NCBI GenBank assembly: GCA_964244255.1
Contig: CAXTIC010000016.1
Location: forward strand, 7,695-71,694
Source of the DNA: an uncultured Lichenihabitans sp.
Lineage (GTDB): Bacteria; Pseudomonadota; Alphaproteobacteria; Rhizobiales; Beijerinckiaceae
Length of the DNA stretch: 64,000 nucleotides
Reading direction: 5' to 3'
Shown: positions 19,890 to 29,209 of the stretch, piece after piece
Numbering within the stretch: position 1 is the stretch's first letter
Layout: each line of letters starts with the position of its first letter
Translations under genes and position numbers: made by a program
Notes under the pieces: model-generated
What the model was told of the DNA's origin: nothing
Seen by the model: the letters and a program-made list of their open reading frames with translations, nothing else
The model's database searches: none

Positions 19890-20903
19890 TCAGAGGGCGA
19901 TAGGTTCCGCGACCTGGATCAGGCAATCGCCGGCTTCCGACATGGTGTGCAGCCGGTGTGAGATGACGATGCCGCCCTCGGCGAAGCGGAGTGGCTCCTC
20001 GACCAGGTCGAGGCGCTCGAGGTCGTGGTACCATCCGGCAAGGTCTCCGGCCGCCACGCGCACGCCGAGGTCCACGGCCGGCTCGAACCAGCCATGGCGG
20101 GTGGCGTGGATGGCCTGGCTGTGACGAGCGAGGGAGAGGAGTTGCATCGGACCCGGCGGCGCGATCGGATGGTCGCCGAGCACGGGGCGGTCGACCATCC
20201 CGAGGCCGAGGAGCAGGCCATCGATCGCCCGGGCCGTCGCACTCATGGTGTGAGGGGTCGCGGTTCCGCCGCCGCCGAACTCGCCGCTGAGCCCGATCAC
20301 GCCGGCGCGCCGCGCCGCTCCCATCGAGGTCGGAGCCTGGCGCCCGTTCTCGGCGATGAAGCCGAAAGGCAGCCCGAGGCTGCGCAGGAGAGTGAGCGCC
20401 CGTGCCTGCCGCGCCGGGTCGTCCTGGGTTTCGATAAGGCCGCATGGCAGGTGCGCCATGGAGGTGCCGCCCGCATGCAGGTCGAACACGATGTCGTGGC
20501 GCGGAAACAGGTCCTGCTCCAGCGCATGAGCGATGCGGCTCGTGGCGGTGCCGCCGGAATCGCCCGGAAAGGCGCGGTTGAGGTTGCCGCCATCGATGGG
20601 CGAGCACCGCTTGCCGGCCCGCACGGCCGGCGCGTTGGCCATTGGCAAGATCGTGAGCGTGCCGTGCAGGGCGCGCGGCTCGAGCCGCCGGCAGAGCCGC
20701 GCCAGGCAAAGCTCGCCCTCGTACTCGTCGCCGTGATTGCCGGCCAGGACAAGGACGCGGGGACCCGTCCCGTTGCGCAGGACGCAGACCGGAACCTGGA
20801 CGTGAAAATAAGGGGAACGGTCGACCGAGACCGGCACGCTCAGCTGGCCGAAGCGCTTGCCGTCGGACGCGAAATCGAGCGTGTGCGAAACCCCGGAATG
20901 CAT
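19890..20903 (-). CDS. succinylglutamate desuccinylase/aspartoacylase (AstE/AspA, M14-like) family deacylase
   Basis: 337 aa. LVLAGNHGDEYEG (Zn His/Glu), NLNRAFPG and DLHAGG motifs are typical of the family, which includes DoeB-like N-acyl-amino-acid deacylases. Confidence 0.85.
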   Translation of the reverse strand: MHSGVSHTLDFASDGKRFGQLSVPVSVDRSPYFHVQVPVCVLRNGTGPRVLVLAGNHGDEYEGELCLARLCRRLEPRALHGTLTILPMANAPAVRAGKRCSPIDGGNLNRAFPGDSGGTATSRIAHALEQDLFPRHDIVFDLHAGGTSMAHLPCGLIETQDDPARQARALTLLRSLGLPFGFIAENGRQAPTSMGAARRAGVIGLSGEFGGGGTATPHTMSATARAIDGLLLGLGMVDRPVLGDHPIAPPGPMQLLSLARHSQAIHATRHGWFEPAVDLGVRVAAGDLAGWYHDLERLDLVEEPLRFAEGGIVISHRLHTMSEAGDCLIQVAEPIAL

Positions 20904-20972
20904 GGCTCGGTCCTTGAAGACGAAGGGTCCATGGTCCGCCCGAGCGGGCCATGGAGGTGGCGGGGCAGCCGA

Positions 20973-21320
20973 TCAGAGCAGCGCGACCGCCGTCATCTCG
21001 ACCCGGAGGTCGGGATCAGCGAGGCGGGCTTCCACGCAGGCGCGAGCGGCCGGGTGCGCCTTGTCGATCCAGGCATCGTAGACCGCGTTCATGGCGTCGA
21101 AATCGGCGATGTTGGGTAGGAAGACGTTGACGGCCACGAGGTTGGATTTGCTTGTGCCGGCTTCGGCCAGCAAAGCGTCGATCTTGGCCAGCACGTCGCG
21201 GGTCTGGTCCTCGATCCCCGCCTTGCGGACGTCGGCGACCTGTCCGGCGACATGAAACAGCCCGCCGGCCGCGACGCCCTGCGACATGCGGGTACCGACC
21301 TGAAAACGCTTGATCATCAT
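20973..21320 (-). CDS. RidA/YjgF family reactive enamine/imine deaminase
   Basis: About 115 aa after trimming to MMIKRF. GQV...QTRDVLAKIDALL...VNVFL...ARACVE is a typical RidA pattern. Confidence 0.9.
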   Translation of the reverse strand: MMIKRFQVGTRMSQGVAAGGLFHVAGQVADVRKAGIEDQTRDVLAKIDALLAEAGTSKSNLVAVNVFLPNIADFDAMNAVYDAWIDKAHPAARACVEARLADPDLRVEMTAVALL

Positions 21321-21350
21321 TCTTCCTTTGGGTTCGGGCCGCACGGGCGC

Positions 21351-22646
21351 TCAGCCGAAGAAGGTGGGATAGGCACCCGTGACGCGCCCGGCGCCGTTCA
21401 CGCCGAACAGCACCCGATACAGGTGCAGGCATGTGCACGGATGCGAAATGCCGAATTCCACGACATCGCCGACGTGAAGATCAGCCCCGGGCGGGACCGT
21501 CAAGAAGGCGTGCTGGTCATTGAGCTTGGCGGTCAGCAACGGCTCCGGGGCCTGTGACAGCGGCCGGCCGCCCCGGAATACCCGGAGTGGGGTCGGCAGG
21601 TCCTGGTCGTAGGACACGTCGCGCATGCCCATGCCGCAGATCGCCTGACCGTCTTCCGGACGCGAGAGGACCTCGGCCCACAGCCGGAGAACGGGTCGAA
21701 ACGAGTCGGACATCGGCACCACCGCGTCGTCGAGCCGGAAGCCGCCACGCTCATCGACCGCCCGGAAGGCGCGCTCGTAGACGCCGTGGTCATTGAAGAA
21801 GATGGCTCCGCTGCGCAGCACCAGCGTCGCGCTGCCGTCGGCCGCGACGGTCGGGGCAAGCCGGGCCACGACCCGATCGAAGAACACCGAGCCGCCAGCC
21901 GTGAACAGCAAGGGCCGGAAGGGGCCGACCACCCCGCGCGCGCGGTGGAACAAGGCCGCCGCGAGGTCGAGCAGGCCATCGATCACGACGAGGCTGCGCC
22001 CGGGCGTCGGTTGCGCGGCCGCGCCCTCATAGGTCGCGACACCCGCCAGGATCAGGCCGGGCGCGCGCTCGGCGGCCTCGAGAAGGGCCGTGGCCCCGTC
22101 GATGTCGCGGGCCCCGGCACGGGCGGCCCCGACCTCCACAAGCACGCGCAGAGGCGGCGCGTCGTTCCCCGCCCAGGCGCCGGCCAACGCGTCGAGGGCG
22201 GCGGCGGAGTCCACGAAGACGTAAAGTTCGGCCCGGGGCCATGCCTTGCACAGCACCGCCAGGCGGCCAGCGCCCCCGGCCCCGCCGACCTCGTTGGCGA
22301 GGATCAGGCGGTTCAGCCCCGCGCGCAGCATCACGGCCGCCTGGCGGATGTCCGCCACCGTGGTACCCCAGGCGCCGGCCTCGACCAGCCGGGCCGCGAG
22401 GGCGGGCGCCATGGGGGTCTTGGCGTGGGGCGCCATGGCGACGCCCTGCTGCCGGGCGTAACGCAGCATCTGGGCGATGTTGCTGTCGAAGCCCGTCTCG
22501 TCCAGCGTCAGCACCGGCAGGCTCATGCGCCCCTCGGCCGGATGCCAGCCCTGCCGCCCGACCTCGTCGATCGACAGATCGTCCGTGCCGGGCGGCACGC
22601 CGCGAATGCGGTCGTCGAGGCGGAATGCGGATGGCGAAGCTGTCAT
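21351..22646 (-). CDS. DSD1/alanine-racemase-N-fold PLP-dependent amino acid deaminase or aldolase
   Basis: Trimmed to MTASPSAF. It has the PHAKT PLP-lysine motif (MAPHAKTPMAP) and a C-terminal D-serine-dehydratase-like domain (HVGDVVEFGISHPCT). Confidence 0.8.
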   Translation of the reverse strand: MTASPSAFRLDDRIRGVPPGTDDLSIDEVGRQGWHPAEGRMSLPVLTLDETGFDSNIAQMLRYARQQGVAMAPHAKTPMAPALAARLVEAGAWGTTVADIRQAAVMLRAGLNRLILANEVGGAGGAGRLAVLCKAWPRAELYVFVDSAAALDALAGAWAGNDAPPLRVLVEVGAARAGARDIDGATALLEAAERAPGLILAGVATYEGAAAQPTPGRSLVVIDGLLDLAAALFHRARGVVGPFRPLLFTAGGSVFFDRVVARLAPTVAADGSATLVLRSGAIFFNDHGVYERAFRAVDERGGFRLDDAVVPMSDSFRPVLRLWAEVLSRPEDGQAICGMGMRDVSYDQDLPTPLRVFRGGRPLSQAPEPLLTAKLNDQHAFLTVPPGADLHVGDVVEFGISHPCTCLHLYRVLFGVNGAGRVTGAYPTFFG

Positions 22647-22729
22647 GATGCGATGCCGAATGAGGGGTGTCTGCGGCCGGGCGTCGTGGCAGAAGGTGGC
22701 CATCGTGGTTGCCCCGAGGCGAACGGCCC

Positions 22730-23731
22730 GTGTCCGAGCTCTATCAAGGTTCCATCATCGATGCCCACCATCACCTTTGGGACCTCACGCTCGGGCGGCA
22801 TCCATGGCTGCGCCCCGAGGCCGGCGCGCGGGGCGGACTGAGCGACCTCGGGCCCCTGCAGCGCAGCTATCTGCCGGCGGATTACGCTCGCGATGCGACC
22901 CGGCATGCGATCGTGGCGACCGTGCATGTCGAGGCGGGCTGGTTGGCGTCCGACGCCCTGGGGGAAACACGCTGGCTCGACACGCTGAACAAGACGGGGG
23001 GGATCGCGGCGCGCTACGTGGCTCACGTGCCCCTCGCCAGCGAGGCCGCTCCGGCGATGATCGATCGACAGGCCGCCCATCCGCGCGTGGTCGGCCTGCG
23101 CGACATCCTGAGCTGGCACGAGGACCCCGCACGGCGCTTCGCGGCACGCGGCGACCTGATGGGCGATCCCGTCTGGCGCGCGAACCTGAAGCGGCTGGCG
23201 GCTCTCGACCTCACCTTCGACCTCATGGTGTTCGCCCACCAGCTGCCCGAGGCGGCACGCCTGGTCGCGGACTTCCCGGATCAGATCTTCGTCCTCAACC
23301 ACTGCGGCAGCCCGATCGACCGCACGGCGGAGGGCATGCGGGGGTGGCGCGAAGGGCTCGCGGCGCTTGCCGCCCATCCCAATGTGCGGATCAAGGTGTC
23401 GGACCTCGTGGCCTATGATCACGACTGGACGCTGGACAGCCTCGCGGCCGTGATACGCCACTGCATCGCGTGCTTCGGTCCGAGCCGGGCGATGTTCGCG
23501 AGCGACTTCCCGGTCGCGGGCCTGCATGCCGGATTCGACGAGGTGTGGCAGAGCTTCAAGCTCATCACCGCAGACTTGTCCCCGAGCGACCAGCGGGCGT
23601 TGTTCTTCACCACCGCGGCGCGGACCTATGGCTTGCACGATGAGCTCTCAACGCCGCTTGGCTTCGCGTCCCGACAGGAGCAGGAGCCCCAGGATCAGGG
23701 TGCCGAACAGGATGCTCCGCCAGCCCGGTGA
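22730..23731 (+). CDS. amidohydrolase_2 family metal-dependent hydrolase (lactonase/decarboxylase-like)
   Basis: GTG 22730 is proposed as the start (VSELYQGSIIDAHHHLWD, HxH metal motif). ...NHCGSP...SDFPV follows. It is divergent from the PLP-enzyme operon. Its 3' end overlaps the convergent permease gene by 84 nt. Confidence 0.75.
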   Translation: MSELYQGSIIDAHHHLWDLTLGRHPWLRPEAGARGGLSDLGPLQRSYLPADYARDATRHAIVATVHVEAGWLASDALGETRWLDTLNKTGGIAARYVAHVPLASEAAPAMIDRQAAHPRVVGLRDILSWHEDPARRFAARGDLMGDPVWRANLKRLAALDLTFDLMVFAHQLPEAARLVADFPDQIFVLNHCGSPIDRTAEGMRGWREGLAALAAHPNVRIKVSDLVAYDHDWTLDSLAAVIRHCIACFGPSRAMFASDFPVAGLHAGFDEVWQSFKLITADLSPSDQRALFFTTAARTYGLHDELSTPLGFASRQEQEPQDQGAEQDAPPAR

Positions 23732-24640
23732 GGCGTTCACCACCGTTATCAGCCCCGTGATGGTGACCAGCAGCACCGCTCCGGGGATCGTTCCGGCATA
23801 GCCTCCGAGGCCTCCCAGGATCGAGGTGCCGCCAAGCACCACGGCGGCGATGGAGGTGAGCACGTAGGGGTCGCCGATGCCCACATAGCCCTGACCGTTC
23901 ATGCCGAGCGCCAGGACGCCGCCGAGCCCTGCGGTGAGGCCGCTGGCCGCGTAAAGCGTCAATGTCGTGGCGGGCACGTCGACGCCCGAAAGCGCGGTGG
24001 CGAGCGGGTTGGCGCCGAGCGCGTGGACGCGCGCGCCGAATCGCGTGCGGCGCAACACCAGCACGGTGACGATCCCGACGACGGCCCAGAGCAGGATGCC
24101 GGCCGGCACGCCCACGGGGCGGGCGTTGCCAAGCACCTGGACCGCCTCGTTGTGGACCGAAACGGCGCTGCCGCCGGCGAGCAGGATGAGGGCACCCTGC
24201 AGGAAGGTCGCCATGGCCAGCGTCATGATCATGGGATGCACGCGCAGGTAGACGACCCCCACCCCATTGGCGAGGCCGATGCAGCCCGCCGCCGCCAGGA
24301 TGCCCAGCACCGCCCCGATTCCACTCGGATCGCCCGCCGTCGGGAGCAGCGGCAGGCCCACCGCGCTGACCGTGACGATGGTGCCGACCGACAGGTCGAT
24401 GCCGCCCCCGATCATGACGATGGTCTGTCCCGCAGCCACGATGCCGATCACGGCGGCGAGTTCGACGAGGTAGCGCAGGTGCCCCCAACTGCCGAAGCCC
24501 CGGCTGACGGAGCTCGCCACCGCCCAGACCGCGACGACGATCAGCAGCGTCAGCATGGCGCGATGCCTGAGCGCGCGGCCGGTCCCGGTCGGGCCGGAGG
24601 GGCGCATCGCCGCGCCCGGTTGGTTGATCTCCCCCCTCAT
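23648..24640 (-). CDS. sugar-type ABC transporter permease
   Basis: Composite ORF trimmed to ATG 24640 (MRGEINQPGAAMRPSG), with an ATGA overlap on the upstream permease stop. It is polytopic and carries a GGIDLSVG motif. Confidence 0.9.
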   Translation of the reverse strand: MRGEINQPGAAMRPSGPTGTGRALRHRAMLTLLIVVAVWAVASSVSRGFGSWGHLRYLVELAAVIGIVAAGQTIVMIGGGIDLSVGTIVTVSAVGLPLLPTAGDPSGIGAVLGILAAAGCIGLANGVGVVYLRVHPMIMTLAMATFLQGALILLAGGSAVSVHNEAVQVLGNARPVGVPAGILLWAVVGIVTVLVLRRTRFGARVHALGANPLATALSGVDVPATTLTLYAASGLTAGLGGVLALGMNGQGYVGIGDPYVLTSIAAVVLGGTSILGGLGGYAGTIPGAVLLVTITGLITVVNASPGWRSILFGTLILGLLLLSGREAKRR

Positions 24641-25617
24641 GCCGCGCTCCGGCGGCCGCGCAGCCGGCCCGCCGCCTGGGGCAGCGCCACCGCGCCGACG
24701 ATGATGAGACCTTGGGCGATATATTGAGCGACCGGCGGCAGGCCGAGAAAGAACATGACGTTGATCATCACCGTGAGCAGCAGGCTGCCCAGCACCGCGC
24801 CGCGCATGGTGCCATGGCCGCCGAGGAAGCCCACCCCGCCCAGCACCGCCGCGGCGATCGAGTTCAGCGTGAAGGCCTGCCCAATCACGGGATCCCCCGA
24901 ACCGGTCTGGGCCGCGACGAAGAAGCCCGCGCCGACCGCGAGCATGCTGCTGATCGCATAGGCCGCGATCAGGGCCGCGTCGACGGGGGCGCCCGAGCGG
25001 TAGGCCCCCACGGGGTTCTCGCCGGCTGCATAGAGGGTCAGGCCGAGCGGCGTCGCGCCGTAGACCTTCCAGGCCAGCATGGTGATGACCAGGAGCCCAA
25101 AGGCGGTCGGGCTCGTGCCCGCAAGGAGGTCGGACAGCCAGGACGGCACGGATCCGCCCGGTCGGGGCAGCACAAGCAGCGCGACGCCGCCGACGATAAA
25201 GGAACTCGCCAGCGTCACGATGATGGCGGGCAGGCGCAGCCGCACCGCGATCAGCCCCGTGAGGGCGCCGACCAGGAGGCCGCTGGCGGCAACGGCCAGC
25301 AGGCCGCCCGCGACGCCGAGCGGGCCCGCCATCGTGGTGGCGGCCACGACAGCGCCGAGGCTGACGGTGGCGCCCATCGACAGGCTGATGCCGCCCGCCA
25401 GCATCAGCATGGCCTGGGCCATGGCGGTGAGGGCGAGGGGAAACCAGGTCTGGGTGAATTTGGCGAAGCCCGCCACGCTGAGCAGGCCGGGAAACAGGCT
25501 CGCATAGACGGCCAGAAAGGCGACGACCACGAGCGCGAGGCCGAGTACGCCACGGTTCCGCCTGGTCTGGACGGCCCAATAGAGATGCCGGGGCTCCGGC
25601 GCCGACGTCGCGCTCAT
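24637..25617 (-). CDS. sugar-type ABC transporter permease
   Basis: 326-aa polytopic protein with a GGISLSMG motif. Start/stop overlap with the ATPase gene. Confidence 0.9.
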   Translation of the reverse strand: MSATSAPEPRHLYWAVQTRRNRGVLGLALVVVAFLAVYASLFPGLLSVAGFAKFTQTWFPLALTAMAQAMLMLAGGISLSMGATVSLGAVVAATTMAGPLGVAGGLLAVAASGLLVGALTGLIAVRLRLPAIIVTLASSFIVGGVALLVLPRPGGSVPSWLSDLLAGTSPTAFGLLVITMLAWKVYGATPLGLTLYAAGENPVGAYRSGAPVDAALIAAYAISSMLAVGAGFFVAAQTGSGDPVIGQAFTLNSIAAAVLGGVGFLGGHGTMRGAVLGSLLLTVMINVMFFLGLPPVAQYIAQGLIIVGAVALPQAAGRLRGRRSAA

Positions 25618-27113
25618 GCGGCCTGCCTGTGCGGATCTGCCGCCATGGCGAGCGCCACGATACGCTCCTCGGTGATGTCAGCCCGCTCGAGCACGGCCAC
25701 GATCCTCCCCTCCCGCATGACCGCCACGCGGTCGCACAGATGGACGAGTTCGGATGTATCCGAGCTGGCGAGCAGCACAGCCCGGCCTTCCGCCGCGAAA
25801 CCGCGCAACATGGCGTAGATGTCCCGCTTGGTTTCGATGTCAACCCCGCGCGTCGGATCGTTGAGCAGCAGGATCCCGGGGTCGAGCGGCATCCATTTGG
25901 CGAGCGCCACCTTCTGCTGGTTGCCGCCCGACAGGGCCTGGACGGGCCGTCCGAGATCGCCCTTCACGTTCAGCTGTGCGGCGAGGCGCTCTGTGCCGCG
26001 GGTCTCCGGCTTGAACCGCCGCCACCGCCAGCCCGGCCCCCGCGCCAGCCCCGGCAACAGCAGGTTGTCGGCGATGGAATGGGTCAGGTGGACGCCCTCG
26101 CGCTTGCGGTCGGCCGGGATGTAGGCGAGGCCACGGGCATTGGCGGCCGTGATGCCCTTCGGCAAGCCCTCGTGGTTTCCCATGCGCGCTTCCCGCGCGG
26201 CCGCCGGAATGGCCCCATAGAGGCCCAGCAGCAGATCGTCCTGCCCCTGGCCCACGAGGCCGCCGAGCCCCAGAACCTCGCCCGCCCGCAAATCGAGGTC
26301 GACCTCGGCGACACGGCCCGCCGAAAAGCCCCGGACCTCGATCGCCGGCTCGAGGTCGGCCCGCCGCTGCCAGGAGGGGAACAGATCGCCAGGATCGCGG
26401 CCGACCATGAGGCGCACGAGCCCGGCCGCGTCGACCCCGGCCAGCGAACAATCCGCCGTGCGCGCGCCGTCCTTCAGCACCGTCACGTAGTCGCAGATCT
26501 CCATGACCTCGGCGAGGCGGTGGGAGATGTAGAGGATGGCCGTGCCGCTCCGCTTCAGCGCCGCCACGAGGCCGATCAGCGTGCGGGTTTCGTGGGCCGA
26601 GAGCGAGGAGGTCGGCTCGTCCAGGATGAGGACGCGAGGGCGGCGATGGAGCGCCTTGGCGATCTCTACGAGCTGCCGCCGCCCGAGCGACAGTTCGCCC
26701 ACCGGTCGCGCGACGTCCTCGGGGAGCCCCACCTGCCGGCACAAGGCGGCGGCCTGCCGGCCGAGGGCCCGATAGTCGATGAGGCCGAAGCGGCGCGGAT
26801 AGGCCCCGAACCCGATGTTTTCGGCGATCGACAGATGGGTGGTGAGGCTCAGTTCCTGCTGCACCACCGCGACCCCGTGGCGCCGGGCCGTGGCGGGCGT
26901 CAGCGTGACGGGTCGGCCGTCCACCGTCACGGTTCCCCCATCGGGCGCCAGCGCGCCCGACAGGATGTTGATGAGCGTCGACTTGCCGGCGCCGTTCTCC
27001 CCGAGCAGCGCGTGCACGCGGCCCGGCTCGAGCGCGATCGAGACCCCCTTCAGCACGGGATTGCCGAAGAAGGCCTTGCGAACGTCCCGGGCTTCGAGAA
27101 CGGGCGACGGCAT
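25614..27113 (-). CDS. sugar ABC transporter ATP-binding protein (tandem NBD, RbsA/MglA-like)
   Basis: 499 aa. It has Walker A GENGAGKST, signature LSLGRRQ/LSGGNQQ and two nucleotide-binding domains. Confidence 0.95.
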   Translation of the reverse strand: MPSPVLEARDVRKAFFGNPVLKGVSIALEPGRVHALLGENGAGKSTLINILSGALAPDGGTVTVDGRPVTLTPATARRHGVAVVQQELSLTTHLSIAENIGFGAYPRRFGLIDYRALGRQAAALCRQVGLPEDVARPVGELSLGRRQLVEIAKALHRRPRVLILDEPTSSLSAHETRTLIGLVAALKRSGTAILYISHRLAEVMEICDYVTVLKDGARTADCSLAGVDAAGLVRLMVGRDPGDLFPSWQRRADLEPAIEVRGFSAGRVAEVDLDLRAGEVLGLGGLVGQGQDDLLLGLYGAIPAAAREARMGNHEGLPKGITAANARGLAYIPADRKREGVHLTHSIADNLLLPGLARGPGWRWRRFKPETRGTERLAAQLNVKGDLGRPVQALSGGNQQKVALAKWMPLDPGILLLNDPTRGVDIETKRDIYAMLRGFAAEGRAVLLASSDTSELVHLCDRVAVMREGRIVAVLERADITEERIVALAMAADPHRQAA

Positions 27114-27124
27114 CGCCGGCCCGT

Positions 27125-28165
27125 TTACTTCTGGCTGACGAGCTTGGCGAACATGGCCTGGTCGTAGGGCGAGTAGATGTAGCCGTCGGAAGGGAAGTCC
27201 TTAGCCCGCGCGATGTAGCTCGCGATGTTGCTGTCGTCGATGACGGGCAGCGGCACCTTCACATAGGCCGGCACGTCCTTGCCCTGCAGGACCTCCACGG
27301 CCGTGTAGGCGGCCAGCGCGCCCAGCCAGTTCGGCTGCATGGTGGCCCAGCCCTTCAGGCCCTTGTCCTTCCAAAGCTGGAGGAACTGACCGTAGTTCTC
27401 GCCCGTCATAGGCACCAGATCGCGCCCCTGCTTGTCCATCGCCAGCACGGCCCCGGCCGACAGCGCGCCGCCGAGCGACAGCACGCCGTCGATCTGCGTG
27501 TTGCCGAAGAGCAGGTTGGTCATCGCTTCCTGAGCGGGCGCGACGTTGTATTGCGTGTTGGTCTCGGTGAGGACCTTGATGTCGGGATGCGCCTTGAGAA
27601 CAGGTTCGGCCCCCTTGCGCCGGTCGTCGCTGACCGAGATGCCGGCCGGGCCGTTCATGACGATGATCTTACCCTTGCCGTCCAGCTGCTTGACCATCCA
27701 TTCGGCGGCCTGCCGGCCCCACTCGATCTGGTCGGTGTTGATCTTGGCCGTGAGGTCGTCGGTGTCGACGAGACTATCGAAGTTGAGCACCGCGATGCCT
27801 TTCGAGCACGCGTCCGCGATCACGCGGTTGAGCGCGGTGGCGGAGCCCGCGTCGATCAGGATCGCATCGACCTTGGCGTCGATCATCGATTGGATCTGCT
27901 GAATCTGCGTGTTGGCGTTGCCTTGCGCATCCGTGATCATCAGCTTGGAGACGAGCCCCTTCTTCTTGAGCTCGTCGACCTCCTGGCTGATCGTGTCGGT
28001 CGTCTGCTTCATCCAGGTCGGGACCGAATAGATGTTGGCCCAACCGAGCGTGAAGGGTGGCTTGTGCTCGCCCTTGATACATTTGGCGGCCGCTTGAGCG
28101 GACACCGATCCCATCAGCAAGGTGACGCAGGCCATGCCGGCCGCGAGAACTGGAAACTTGGACAT
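27125..28165 (-). CDS. periplasmic sugar-binding protein (ribose-binding-protein fold)
   Basis: 346 aa with signal peptide MSKFPVLAAGMACVTLLMGSVSAQAA and a Peripla_BP_4-like pattern. First gene of the transporter operon. Confidence 0.9.
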   Translation of the reverse strand: MSKFPVLAAGMACVTLLMGSVSAQAAAKCIKGEHKPPFTLGWANIYSVPTWMKQTTDTISQEVDELKKKGLVSKLMITDAQGNANTQIQQIQSMIDAKVDAILIDAGSATALNRVIADACSKGIAVLNFDSLVDTDDLTAKINTDQIEWGRQAAEWMVKQLDGKGKIIVMNGPAGISVSDDRRKGAEPVLKAHPDIKVLTETNTQYNVAPAQEAMTNLLFGNTQIDGVLSLGGALSAGAVLAMDKQGRDLVPMTGENYGQFLQLWKDKGLKGWATMQPNWLGALAAYTAVEVLQGKDVPAYVKVPLPVIDDSNIASYIARAKDFPSDGYIYSPYDQAMFAKLVSQK

Positions 28166-28254
28166 CTGGATCCCTCACTCAGCGCACGAACGGTCGAACC
28201 CTCCCGGCGGGCGGCACGCAGCTTGCCGCCGAGTCAGCGTGCCCGACCAATTTG

Positions 28255-28288
28255 TCCGATATATCAGACTATGATTTGAAATATCGGA
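28255..28288. promoter_or_regulatory. perfect 8-bp inverted repeat TCCGATAT-N18-ATATCGGA, a candidate operator
   Basis: It lies in the AT-rich divergent intergenic region between the binding-protein gene (start 28165) and the IclR gene. Confidence 0.3.
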
Positions 28289-28356
28289 TAATCGAGGCTA
28301 GACTCGCATTCAGGCGCCTGCAAGAAGAATTGCGGATGCGTGGGATCGAGACCTCG

Positions 28357-29166
28357 ATGGGCGATGTGCAGCAATCAAAGGCCGACGACGTTGCCGTGAC
28401 GGGGCCGCCCCAGCGAGGAGCTGACCGTCAGCGGGGGGTCGATCGGGTCATCGGACTGTTGGAGTTGTTGCTCCGGCAACGACAGCCGATGAGCGCGGGC
28501 GACATCGCCCGCTCGCTCGGGGCGCCACGCTCCACTGTTTACGAGCTCGTCAACCGCCTGCTCGAAGCGCAGATGCTCGAGCCGGCCGGTGCCGAGGGAA
28601 AAGTCTTCTTCGGCCGATCCATGCACCTGTTCGGCGCCGCCTACCTCCAGGCCGACGCCGGAATGCGCCGCATGGGCGAGGCGCTCGACGCCCTGTCGGC
28701 CGAGACTGGCGCCACGGTCCAGTGCTGCGCCCTGCGGGGCGACAAATATGTCGTGCTCGATTGCCGCGACGGCACGGGCGCGTTCCGCATCACGAGCGAG
28801 GTCGGCGCGGAGGTGCCGCTGCCATGGACGGCTTCCGGCCGCGTGCTGCTCGGGCATCTGTGCGACGACACCATCCGCGAGGTCGTCCCAAAGCAAGACT
28901 TCGTCCTGCCCGATGGCCGATCATTGCCGGTGGAGCAGTTCCTCGACGATGTCGCGCGCGCGCGGCGCGACGGCTTCTCGCAGACCACGGGGCTGGCCAG
29001 CAGCTACACCTGGTGCCAGGCCGTGCCCGTGCGCGGGCGCGGCGGCGTGCCGGATTTCACGCTGTGTTTCGTGCTGCCCATCGACGGCGCGGAAGCGCAA
29101 CGGAACCGCTGCCTGTCGCTTCTCGTCGACAAGGCCCGACAGCTCAGCCACGCGTCGGGCGACTGA
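28357..29166 (+). CDS. IclR-family transcriptional regulator
   Basis: wHTH VDRVIGLLELLL...MSAGDIARSLGAPRSTVYELVNRL plus a C-terminal effector domain. The start is uncertain (ATG 28336 or 28357). The track start TTG 28252 lies in AT-rich operator-like DNA. Confidence 0.85.
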   Translation: MGDVQQSKADDVAVTGPPQRGADRQRGVDRVIGLLELLLRQRQPMSAGDIARSLGAPRSTVYELVNRLLEAQMLEPAGAEGKVFFGRSMHLFGAAYLQADAGMRRMGEALDALSAETGATVQCCALRGDKYVVLDCRDGTGAFRITSEVGAEVPLPWTASGRVLLGHLCDDTIREVVPKQDFVLPDGRSLPVEQFLDDVARARRDGFSQTTGLASSYTWCQAVPVRGRGGVPDFTLCFVLPIDGAEAQRNRCLSLLVDKARQLSHASGD

Positions 29167-29209
29167 CGCCGCCCCCACCCATTCTCTCCTGACCCCGTCC
29201 CACCAGATC

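Noticed and set aside
23648-23731. 84-nt convergent overlap between the amidohydrolase 3' end and the permease 3' end
   Set aside because: It probably just reflects the absence of an earlier in-frame stop in GC-rich DNA. The amidohydrolase tail (..QEQEPQDQGAEQDAPPAR) looks non-conserved. It is not evidence of regulation.
28252-28356. TTG start at 28252 for the IclR gene
   Set aside because: The first ~30 codons are AT-rich and contain the perfect inverted repeat, so they look like operator or promoter DNA. IclR proteins of about 270 aa fit the internal ATGs.
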